From assembly GCA_040765825.1 (NCBI GenBank), contig JAXGRO010000002.1, positions 10,293 to 74,292 on the forward strand: DNA of 64,000 bases, given 5' to 3'. Source of the stretch: Methanomassiliicoccales archaeon. Its GTDB lineage: Archaea > Thermoplasmatota > Thermoplasmata > Methanomassiliicoccales > UBA472. Below are positions 16,854 to 24,837 of the stretch, piece after piece (the first letter of the stretch is position 1; the number at the start of each line of letters is the position of its first letter). The position numbers and the translations under genes are program-made. The notes beneath the pieces are model-generated. The model searched no databases. It worked only from the letters and a program-made list of their open reading frames with translations, and had not been told where the DNA came from.

Positions 16854-17569
16854 TGCCTCACCACCTTCACGAAGACCTCTTCTATGTTCTGCGCCCCGTA
16901 CCTCTCCTTGAGCTCCGTGGGCGTGCCCTCGGCCACGATGCGGCCGTCGTTGATCAGGGCGATGCGGTCGCAGAGCAGCTCGACCTCCAGCATGTTGTGC
17001 GAGGACAGCAGCACGGTGGTGCCCTGGCTCGCGAAATTCTTCACCGTCCTCCTGATCTCCTGGGCGTTCAGCACGTCCAGGCCGGAAGTGAGCTCGTCCA
17101 GGATGGCCAGCTTGGGCCTTATCATCAGGGCCCGCGCGACCAGCAGGCGCCGGGCCATGCCCTTGCTGTAGGTCTCCACCTTGTCGTCTATCCTCTCACC
17201 GAGGTTGGCGATCTCCAGCCCGCGCTCCACCAGGGCCTGGGCCTCCTTGCCCTCGGCGAAGAACTCTGCGATGAACTTCAGATAATCACGGCCTTTAAGG
17301 TGCTTGTATGCCCCCGCGTCCTCAGGCAGATAGCTGATCACCTTGCGGACCTCCTCCGGGTCCCTGCGCAGGTCGATGTCCTGCACCTTGATGCTCCCGT
17401 CGGTCACCTCCAGCAGAGTGGCCAGGATGCGCAGGGTGGTGGTCTTCCCGGCCCCGTTGGGGCCGATCAGCCCGTACACCTCGCCCTCCCTCACCCGGAA
17501 GGAGATACCTTTCACCGCCTGGAAGGAACCGTAGCTCTTCACCAGGTCATTCACTTCAACAGCGAACAT
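16850..17569 (-). CDS. ABC transporter ATP-binding protein
   Basis: Walker A GPNGAGKTT, signature-like YSKGMARR, Walker B LAILDELTSGLD and an H-loop SSH. SD is AGGAG. Confidence 0.9.
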   Translation of the reverse strand: MFAVEVNDLVKSYGSFQAVKGISFRVREGEVYGLIGPNGAGKTTTLRILATLLEVTDGSIKVQDIDLRRDPEEVRKVISYLPEDAGAYKHLKGRDYLKFIAEFFAEGKEAQALVERGLEIANLGERIDDKVETYSKGMARRLLVARALMIRPKLAILDELTSGLDVLNAQEIRRTVKNFASQGTTVLLSSHNMLEVELLCDRIALINDGRIVAEGTPTELKERYGAQNIEEVFVKVVRQ

Positions 17570-17608
17570 ACTCCTTTCTCCCGAACCGGTATCGTAATCT
17601 GATAAATA

Positions 17609-17628
17609 TATTCTGCCCTTTCAGAATA
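17609..17628. promoter_or_regulatory. palindrome TATTCTG-N6-CAGAATA in a divergent promoter region
   Basis: Perfect 7-bp arms abutting the AT-rich GATAAATATATT element between the ABC operon (ATG 17569, minus) and the membrane-protein gene (ATG 17682, plus). Confidence 0.35.
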
Positions 17629-17681
17629 ATAATCTAGGTGGCTCGGTGAACCATAAATAAGGTTTTGGTGAATGTTGGACC

Positions 17682-18314
17682 ATGCGCGGGGAGAGGGTGG
17701 TGCGCTGGGGCTCCATGGCGGGCCTGCTGGGAGTGCTGGCCTTCAACATCCTGTTCGCAGCCTCCCTTCACCTCAGCCCGGAGTGGCGATTCGGCCTGGA
17801 CTTCATGAGCGAGCTGGGCCTTCCCGGCCCTCACGCCTGGCTGTTCAACTCGGCCCTCCTGGTCATGGGATTATCGGGCATGCTCTTCGCCCTGGGGCTC
17901 GGGCAGTTCCTTGCCCAGGGATCGGAGCCCGAGGCCATGGGAAGATGGTCCATCGCCCTGCTGCTCTCCGGCTGCGTGTGCCTGGCCCTGCTGGGCGTGT
18001 TCACCATGGAGCTGAGGGCGGTGCACGACGCCCTGGCCTGGGGGTTCTTCCTCCTGACCTCCATGGCCCTGCTGCTGATGATATTTCCATTGACCGCCGC
18101 AAGGCGCATGAATGGCATCATCGTGGCGGTCACCGCGGGCACCGTGGCCGTGAACGCCTCATGCCTCCTGCTGATATGGACCAAGGTGCTTCGTCAGCAC
18201 CTGGCCGAGCTGATGGTGGTGTACGCCCTGGGGGCCTGGATATTCCTCGCGTCCGTATTGATGCTGAAGGGGCTCAGGGACCGGGAGACGGTCACTCCCG
18301 GTACCGGTAGCTGA
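17682..18314 (+). CDS. polytopic membrane protein (possibly DUF998-like)
   Basis: Six predicted hydrophobic helices. A TATA-like CATAAATAAG is centred 26 nt upstream of the ATG, suggesting a leaderless transcript. Confidence 0.6.
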   Translation: MRGERVVRWGSMAGLLGVLAFNILFAASLHLSPEWRFGLDFMSELGLPGPHAWLFNSALLVMGLSGMLFALGLGQFLAQGSEPEAMGRWSIALLLSGCVCLALLGVFTMELRAVHDALAWGFFLLTSMALLLMIFPLTAARRMNGIIVAVTAGTVAVNASCLLLIWTKVLRQHLAELMVVYALGAWIFLASVLMLKGLRDRETVTPGTGS

Positions 18315-19365
18315 TGTTGCAGCTGCCCTCCCGGCTGACCATGCACGGGCCCATTGGCCTCTTCGGAGAACACCCCTTGCCGAAGGCCGGGCATTCCTCG
18401 GAGCGGATTATGCCCCTGAGCACCTCGCCGCAACGGCATCCTCCCATGTCCTCCTTGACCTTGGGGGCCTGGCCGAGCACCTTCTCGTGGACCAGGCGGG
18501 CGTTGTGCTCCGCCAGGTCGTCGGCAACCTCCAGGGAGCTCTGCGGTAGGACCGGGAACCCCCTCCAGGCCCGGTCGTCGGCCCGGAAGGCCCTGGCCAG
18601 CATCTCGCGCGCCTTGGGGTTCCCCTCCGGTCGTACCACCCGGGGATACTCGTTCTCCACCTCGCTGCGCCCCTCCTTCACCTGCTTGGCCAGCATGTAG
18701 ACGCCCATGAGCAGGTCCAGGGGCTCGAAGCCGGTGATCACCTGGGGCACGCCCCGGGGGCCGGCGAAGGGCTTGAAGACGTCCAGGCCGGTGATGGTGG
18801 CCACATGCCCCGGCTGGATGAGGCCGTCTATGCGCACCTCGCCCATGGCGAACAGGGCGATGAGCGCAGGCGGCAGGAGCCGGTGGCAGCTGAGCACGCT
18901 GAAGTTCTCCGGGGGATCGTGAAGCAGGGCGTAGGCCGTGGAGGGACTGGTGGTCTCGAAGCCGATGGCCATGAACACCATCTGCTCCACCTCCCGGCTC
19001 ATCCGCAATGCATCCTCCACGGAATAGACCACCCTAACGTCCGCGCCCTCGGCCTTGATGTCCGCCAGCGAACCGATCGGAGTGGGGACGGCCATCATGT
19101 CCCCGAAGACGGTGACGGTGACCCCGCTGCGGGCCAGGGTTATGGCCTCGACGACCTCCTTGGTGGTGGTCACGCACACCGGGCATCCTGGCCCCTGGCC
19201 TATGGTGATGCCGACCTCGGAGAGCATCCTCTCCAGGCCGAACTTCACCAGGGTGTCCTGGTGGGTGCCGCACACGTGCATGAAGCGCAGCTCCAGGTCC
19301 ATGGCCCTGAGCTTGGACATTATCTTCTGGGCCGTAGCCTCGTCCCTGTACCTGAGGTCCATCAT
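18292..19365 (-). CDS. hypD: [NiFe]-hydrogenase maturation protein HypD
   Basis: The four HypD motifs are present: CGTH, GPGCPVCV, GFETT and PGHVATITG. The ATG at 19365 overlaps the hypA stop (ATGA). Confidence 0.92.
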   Translation of the reverse strand: MMDLRYRDEATAQKIMSKLRAMDLELRFMHVCGTHQDTLVKFGLERMLSEVGITIGQGPGCPVCVTTTKEVVEAITLARSGVTVTVFGDMMAVPTPIGSLADIKAEGADVRVVYSVEDALRMSREVEQMVFMAIGFETTSPSTAYALLHDPPENFSVLSCHRLLPPALIALFAMGEVRIDGLIQPGHVATITGLDVFKPFAGPRGVPQVITGFEPLDLLMGVYMLAKQVKEGRSEVENEYPRVVRPEGNPKAREMLARAFRADDRAWRGFPVLPQSSLEVADDLAEHNARLVHEKVLGQAPKVKEDMGGCRCGEVLRGIIRSEECPAFGKGCSPKRPMGPCMVSREGSCNISYRYRE

Positions 19366-19733
19366 TCCTGCACCACCTTCATGGAGGTCACCCGGCATGA
19401 TTGTCCCTTGAGCACTTTGACCTTTCCCTTGCACTTGGGGCAGATAAGGGAGGGCATGGCCATGTGATACTCCTCCCCCAGCTTGTCCGCCTTGCCGCGA
19501 TAGCCGCAGGAGACGCACAGCAGCTCGGTCTCCTCCGGAACGATGACCAGCTCGGAGCCTTCCAGGGGGGTGCCCCGGGTGACGATCTCGAAGGCGAAGC
19601 GCAGCTGCTCCTCGCCCAGGAAGGTCAGCTCCCCCAGGGTGAGCTGCACCTCCTCCACCCGTAGGAACTCGTGGTTCTCCAGCTCCTTCAATACGCTCTC
19701 CACGATGCCGGCCATCACCGATACTTCATGCAT
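19362..19733 (-). CDS. hypA: hydrogenase nickel-insertion protein HypA
   Basis: N-terminal MHE nickel site; zinc site CVSCG...CPKCKG. Confidence 0.9.
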   Translation of the reverse strand: MHEVSVMAGIVESVLKELENHEFLRVEEVQLTLGELTFLGEEQLRFAFEIVTRGTPLEGSELVIVPEETELLCVSCGYRGKADKLGEEYHMAMPSLICPKCKGKVKVLKGQSCRVTSMKVVQE

Positions 19734-19855
19734 CGTCTAGGCCAATCCACCAACCCATATTAATGGAATCCCCACTCCCATACGCCATAGGCGAAGGAAG
19801 CCTGGCCAGGAAGGAAGCTAGATATAGCCCCAGGGAAATACGAAGGCGGTTCAAT

Positions 19856-20137
19856 ATGCCAGAGGAAATGCCGCGCGGTGAGGCCATCGAGTCCATCATC
19901 GAGGCCAAGAAGATGGAGGCTTACGCCGAGCACCGCACCAAGGACATGCACGCCTGCGCGTTCTGCGGGGCCATAGGCTACCGGAAGCGGCCCATGAGAC
20001 CGGTGGGGGCCAAGTGGATCTGCATCGACTGCCTGAGGGCGCTCAGGGAGACCCTGGAGGGCCTGGACCAGTGGGAGGCCGAGATCCAGCTGGAGAAGGA
20101 GATGGCCAAGAAGATCGACGAGACCCTGCGCACCTGA
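19856..20137 (+). CDS. small zinc-ribbon-like hypothetical protein
   Basis: CAFCG...CIDC pair followed by a coiled-coil-like tail. Start is placed at ATG 19856, about 30 nt downstream of GATATAG. Confidence 0.5.
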   Translation: MPEEMPRGEAIESIIEAKKMEAYAEHRTKDMHACAFCGAIGYRKRPMRPVGAKWICIDCLRALRETLEGLDQWEAEIQLEKEMAKKIDETLRT

Positions 20138-20140
20138 ACA

Positions 20141-20779
20141 CTATCGGTTCCTGAAGAACGCGCACTGCTCACGCACCGGGCATCCATCGCACCGGGGGTT
20201 CCGGGGAAGGCACACCTTCTGCCCGAAGCGGACCATGGTGGCGTTTATCTCGCACCACAGATTGCGCGGGAACGTCCTTCGCAGCGCCATCTCCGTCTGG
20301 TCCGGGGTCTCGCACTCCACCAATCCTATCCTGTTGCTGATGCGGTGCACATGGGTGTCCACGCAGATGGCCGGTTCCCTGAAGGCGTAGGCCATCACGC
20401 AGTTGGCGGTCTTGCGGCCCACCATGGGCCACTCGGTCATGGCCTCTATGTCCCTGGGCACCCCGCCGTTCTCCACCACCAGCGCGGCTATCTCCTTTAT
20501 GGCCCTGGCCTTGGCCCGGTAGAAGCCCACCGGGCGGATGATGGCCTCGATCTCCTGGAGATCGCCTTGGGACAGGTCCTCCGGAGAGTTGAAGCGTCGG
20601 AACAGCTCGGAGGAGGCCCGGAAGGTGTTCAGGTCCCTGGTCCTCTGCGAGAGCACGGTGGCCACCAGTACGTGGAAGGGGTCCTTCTCCCACCAGGTGT
20701 CCTCCTCGTCGATGAGCCCGGGGAAGGCCTGGCCCTTCACCGCCCCGCGCATCGTGGTCAGCAGCCACCTAAGGTCCAT
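20141..20779 (-). CDS. nth: endonuclease III (DNA glycosylase/AP lyase)
   Basis: HhH-GPD fold with MVGRKTANCV, and the [4Fe-4S] loop CLPRNPRCDGCPVREQC. ATG at 20779. Confidence 0.9.
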   Translation of the reverse strand: MDLRWLLTTMRGAVKGQAFPGLIDEEDTWWEKDPFHVLVATVLSQRTRDLNTFRASSELFRRFNSPEDLSQGDLQEIEAIIRPVGFYRAKARAIKEIAALVVENGGVPRDIEAMTEWPMVGRKTANCVMAYAFREPAICVDTHVHRISNRIGLVECETPDQTEMALRRTFPRNLWCEINATMVRFGQKVCLPRNPRCDGCPVREQCAFFRNR

Positions 20780-22052
20780 GCCCTTCCTCCAAGGCCTGCA
20801 TGGCCTCCCCCACGGTGTACAGCGAGCCGCAGACCATGATGAATCCGTCCGGGCCGGCAAGGTCCTCCGCAGCCCTTATGGCCTCCGGAACCCCGTCCAC
20901 TGCCGTGGCCGTGGAATTGAAGGGGACTGCGGCCTCCAGCATCCCCCGGGGGGAAAGGGCCCGGGGGGTCCTGGGGCTGGTGCATATCACCCGGTCGAAG
21001 AGGGGCGCGAGCTCGGCCATGACCCCCCTGGCGTCCTTGTCCTTGAGCATGCCCGCCACCAGCACCCTCGGGCTGCCGGGGAACAGGTCAAGTTCGGTGG
21101 AGATCGCCCGGGCCCCCTCGGGGGTGTGGGTGACGTCCAGCACCGTCAGCGGCCGCTGGCGCACCACGTCCAGCCGGCCAGGCCATCTGGCCTCCGCCAA
21201 CCCTTTCACCACGCTCTCCCGGGCAACCTCGAACCCGGACAGGCGCAGGGCGCACTCCGCGGCCACACCGGCGTTCTGGCACTGGTACCTCCCCAGCATG
21301 CCCACCCGGACCTCCGAGGACAGGGACGAAAGGCGGACGGTGGTCCCCTGCAGGTCGCGGCGAAGGCACTCGGAATGGAAGTCCCTCCCGGAGACGGACA
21401 GCTGGGAGGCCCTGCAGGCGGCCATCCAGGAGATCACCCGCAAAGCGTCGGGATGCTGCGGGGAGCTCACCACCGGAACCCCCTCCTTTATCACCGAGGC
21501 CTTCTCGTAGGCGATCCGGCCCAAGGTGTCCCCCAGGAAGGCGGTGTGCTCCAGGCCGACCGGGGTGATGGCGCAGCACAGCGGGGTTATGACGTTCGTG
21601 GCATCCAGGCGTCCGCCCATGCCCACCTCCACCACGGCGATATCCGCCCCGCGGTCGGCGAAGTGCAGGAAGGCCAGGGCGGTGGTGATCTCGAAGAAGG
21701 TGAGCGGGCGGGGCAGCTTCATGCCCTCCACCAGCTCCCTCATCTCCGACACCGCCCGGCCCAGCTCCGCGTCGCTGGGCTGATGGCCGTCCACGGTCAT
21801 GCGCTCGGAGAAGCGGACCAGGTGCGGCGAGGTGTACAGGCCGGTGCGGTGGCCGGCGGCCCTCAGGACCGAGGCCAGCATGGCCGACACCGAGCCCTTG
21901 CCGTTAGAGCCGGCCACATGCACTGATGAGAAGCGTTCCTGGGGATCGCCCAGGCGTCCGAGCAGCGCCCGGACGTTGGACAGCCCCAGCTTGATGCCCA
22001 TGCTCTCCAGGGAGTACAGCCAATCCAGGTCCTCCTCCAGCGTTCGGCCCAT
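20769..22052 (-). CDS. folC: folylpolyglutamate synthase/dihydrofolate synthase (Mur ligase family)
   Basis: P-loop HVAGSNGKGS and Mur-ligase middle and C-terminal domains. The ATG at 22052 lies 2 nt after the upstream stop; an alternative start is at 22073. Confidence 0.85.
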   Translation of the reverse strand: MGRTLEEDLDWLYSLESMGIKLGLSNVRALLGRLGDPQERFSSVHVAGSNGKGSVSAMLASVLRAAGHRTGLYTSPHLVRFSERMTVDGHQPSDAELGRAVSEMRELVEGMKLPRPLTFFEITTALAFLHFADRGADIAVVEVGMGGRLDATNVITPLCCAITPVGLEHTAFLGDTLGRIAYEKASVIKEGVPVVSSPQHPDALRVISWMAACRASQLSVSGRDFHSECLRRDLQGTTVRLSSLSSEVRVGMLGRYQCQNAGVAAECALRLSGFEVARESVVKGLAEARWPGRLDVVRQRPLTVLDVTHTPEGARAISTELDLFPGSPRVLVAGMLKDKDARGVMAELAPLFDRVICTSPRTPRALSPRGMLEAAVPFNSTATAVDGVPEAIRAAEDLAGPDGFIMVCGSLYTVGEAMQALEEGHGP

Positions 22053-22054
22053 GC

Positions 22055-22852
22055 CTAGACCTCCCGGACCCATTCAGAGAGCCCCATCCCGTCGCAGGAT
22101 GCCAGGCGCTTCATGGCCGCCATTATGCCCGAGCCGTACTGGGCGGCCTTCTTGGGGGCGGAGGCGGAGGACAGCCCCAGGTTCCTGGCCAGGCGCCGCA
22201 GGGGAAGCTTGTTGCCAGCACCCCCGACCATCTCCGAGGCGCTGAACCGGCCGGCTGCCCTGATGACATCGGTGTTCAGGTAAGGGCAGACCAGCCTCTT
22301 GCCGGAGGCCTCGGCCAGACGGACCTCCCTAGGGTGTCCCACGGAGACGAGACGCCCCAGATCGATCTCCATTGCGCTTGCCCTCTGGGCGTCGTCCATG
22401 GACCGGTAGCGGGCATACCCCCCGAAAAGTTCGTCGGCGCCCTGGCCGCTGAGCAGGATGCCCTCCCGGAGCATGGTGCATCCCAGGTACAGGGGGAGCT
22501 CGAAGGACAGGCTAACCGGGTCGGTCAGTCCGCTGAGGTCGCGGAGGGCGGCCAGGCCTCCCCTCAATCGCCCATCGTCCAATTCGAGGCCGTGCCAGGG
22601 CAGAGATAGCTCCTCGGCGGCATTCCGGCCGGCATGGAGGTCGTGCGCGCCCGGATAACCGATGGTGTAGAGAACCGGCCGGCAGTGGTCCATGGCCATG
22701 CGGGCCAGCACCGAGCTGTCCAGGCCGCCGGAGAACAGCACCGCGACCTCCCCTCCCAGCTCCCGCTGGAGGCAGCCGTCGAGGCTGGAGAGCAGAGCGT
22801 CGTCGCGAACATCATCGTCCAGTTGCGTCCACCCCTGATGCCTTCCTCCCAT
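22055..22852 (-). CDS. asparagine-synthase-domain PP-loop ATPase (no glutaminase domain)
   Basis: PP-loop LFSGGLDSS and the AsnB-type block GADELFGGYARY. Only 265 aa. Confidence 0.8.
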   Translation of the reverse strand: MGGRHQGWTQLDDDVRDDALLSSLDGCLQRELGGEVAVLFSGGLDSSVLARMAMDHCRPVLYTIGYPGAHDLHAGRNAAEELSLPWHGLELDDGRLRGGLAALRDLSGLTDPVSLSFELPLYLGCTMLREGILLSGQGADELFGGYARYRSMDDAQRASAMEIDLGRLVSVGHPREVRLAEASGKRLVCPYLNTDVIRAAGRFSASEMVGGAGNKLPLRRLARNLGLSSASAPKKAAQYGSGIMAAMKRLASCDGMGLSEWVREV

Positions 22853-22898
22853 GGCTGAATAGCATTATTAATCATTAGGATAATACCAAGCGGAGCAC

Positions 22899-23348
22899 AT
22901 GGATAACGTCACCAGAATAGGCGTCTCCCTTGAACCGGAGCTCTTGGAGGACTTCGACAAGCTCATAGACCGCAAGGGCTACATCACCCGGTCCGAGGCC
23001 ATAAGAGACCTCATTAGAAGCGCCCTGGCCAAGGAGATCTTGAAGGAGGATGAGAACGCCGTGGTCTTCGGGACCATCACCCTCTTCTACAGTCATCACA
23101 AGGGCGGGGTGAAGGAGCGCCTTATGGAGATACAGCACGAGCACCACAAGCACATCCTATCCTCCATCCATGTGCACCTGGACATCGAGCAGTGCCTGGA
23201 GGTGCTGATCGTGAACGGCACGGTCAAGGAGGTCAGACAATTGTCTGACGAGCTTGGAAGCGTCAAGGGGGTCACCCACCGCACCCTGCACCGCACCCCG
23301 GTCAGCCTGGCAGAGGATTCTGCAAAGGCACACGTGCACGAGCATTGA
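22899..23348 (+). CDS. nikR: nickel-responsive regulator NikR
   Basis: Ribbon-helix-helix N-terminus (TRIGVSLEPELLEDFDKLI..GYITRSEAIRDLIR) and a His-rich ACT-like C-domain (HHKGG...QHEHHKHILSSIHVHLD). Confidence 0.9.
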   Translation: MDNVTRIGVSLEPELLEDFDKLIDRKGYITRSEAIRDLIRSALAKEILKEDENAVVFGTITLFYSHHKGGVKERLMEIQHEHHKHILSSIHVHLDIEQCLEVLIVNGTVKEVRQLSDELGSVKGVTHRTLHRTPVSLAEDSAKAHVHEH

Positions 23349-23357
23349 GCGTCCGCA

Positions 23358-24584
23358 TCACTTCTGGACCATGGCCGCCCGGGAACGGCGGTCCCTGGAC
23401 CACAGCGGGACCATGCCCAGCACGGTAAGCAGTCCCAGCGCCGATACGGCGCTCCACAGCAGCCAGTTGTCCGTGAGGCTGTCGTAGAGCACCCCGCCGA
23501 CCAGCGAGGCGGAGAACCAGCCAAAGGAGGTTATCAGGCCGTAGATCCCCAGGTACTTGCCCCTCTCCTCCTCGCCGGACATGGCCACGGTGAGGTCCAT
23601 GGATATGGGGACCACCACCAGCTCGCCCAGGGTGATCACGACCATGGCCAAGGCCAGGCCGAACCCGTCGGTGACCGCGGCCAGGGAGAGGTACCCCAGG
23701 CAGTAAAGGAGGGTTCCCCCGGCCATGCCCAGGTACATGTTGCGCTTACCCAGCCAGCGGGCGATGGGGATCTGGAACAGCACCACCATCAGGCCGTTGA
23801 GGCCGAAGACCAGACCGATGACGGTGGTGCTGAGCAGCAGCCTGTCGCTGGAGTAGACGGTGAAGGTGGTGCCGAACTGGCCGGACATGACGATCATGGG
23901 TATGAGGATGATGCAGAAGGCCAGGAACAGGGGCCTGACGCTGCTTATCTCCCTCCACACGCTCGGCCGGCGCTCCATGGGCCTGGGAATATACGATTCC
24001 TTCAGGTAATAGGCCACGATGAGGGCCGCGAACAGGGAGATCATGGCCGATGCCAGGAACGAGGCGAAATAGGAGTAGGACATGATGATCCCGCCGACCA
24101 TGGGACCGAAGGCGAACCCCAGGTTCCAGGCCACCCTCAGCAGCCCGAAGGCCTCCAGCCGCTTGGCCGGTTCCACCACGTCGGCCACCATGGCGTTGTT
24201 GGCCGGTTCGAAGGCGCCCCCGAAGAAGTAGTTCACCGAGAGCAGGCCGGCTATGCCCCACAGGTTCGGCCAGTAGGATATAACGAAGGCCAGGGCCAGG
24301 AAGGTGGAGGTGCGCAGCAGCATGGAGTACGTCATCACCCCCCAGCGCCCGAAGCGGTCCGCGGCCAATCCGCCGACCAGGCTTCCGACGGCCCCGGCCA
24401 CCCCGGCCACGGTCAGCACCAGGCCAGCCAGCGCAAGAGGGGCGTCCATGGTGTCGTACATGAACAGGGCCAGGAATGGCCCCACGATGCTGAACCCCAC
24501 GCCGTCGATCAGGCGGGAATAGAACAGCACCCAGACCCGGCGGTCATAGCCCTTGAAACCGAACAGGTCGGACGTGCCTCTCAC
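23358..24584 (-). CDS. MFS transporter
   Basis: 12 predicted TM helices and the MFS loop motif GGLAADRFGRWG between TM2 and TM3. Confidence 0.85.
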   Translation of the reverse strand: MRGTSDLFGFKGYDRRVWVLFYSRLIDGVGFSIVGPFLALFMYDTMDAPLALAGLVLTVAGVAGAVGSLVGGLAADRFGRWGVMTYSMLLRTSTFLALAFVISYWPNLWGIAGLLSVNYFFGGAFEPANNAMVADVVEPAKRLEAFGLLRVAWNLGFAFGPMVGGIIMSYSYFASFLASAMISLFAALIVAYYLKESYIPRPMERRPSVWREISSVRPLFLAFCIILIPMIVMSGQFGTTFTVYSSDRLLLSTTVIGLVFGLNGLMVVLFQIPIARWLGKRNMYLGMAGGTLLYCLGYLSLAAVTDGFGLALAMVVITLGELVVVPISMDLTVAMSGEEERGKYLGIYGLITSFGWFSASLVGGVLYDSLTDNWLLWSAVSALGLLTVLGMVPLWSRDRRSRAAMVQK

Positions 24585-24807
24585 CTCTTCCCGCGGAGGG
24601 ATGGGGATATGATGGCGAGCGCAGGCGCAGGGGCCGTTCGGCTGGATCGAATGTCGATGCGACCGAACGATCTGGACGGAAATGACCCCTTCTCCATGTA
24701 CGCTAGCGGCAGGTCCGCTCCTCCCGGCGCTGAAGCCACAGGAGCATCATAATCGTTTCTGACGCACAGCTGTGCGGGGGGGCTAGGACGCAGCGCAGTA
24801 GATAACC

Positions 24808-24816
24808 TTTTTAAAT
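24808..24816 (+). promoter_or_regulatory. TATA box of topA (leaderless transcript)
   Basis: TTTTTAAAT centred 26 nt upstream of ATG 24838; no SD between them. Confidence 0.45.
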
Positions 24817-24837
24817 GTTAACTCTTGATGCCCTCCG

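Noticed and set aside
24585-24837. C-box-like ATGATGG and later CTGA strings, plus a 7-bp stem (CGTTCGG/CCGAACG), in the MFS/topA divergent intergenic region. I considered a C/D-box sRNA.
   Set aside because: The C-like and D-like boxes are more than 130 nt apart, with no C'/D' pair and no terminal stem. The region is better explained as two divergent promoters.
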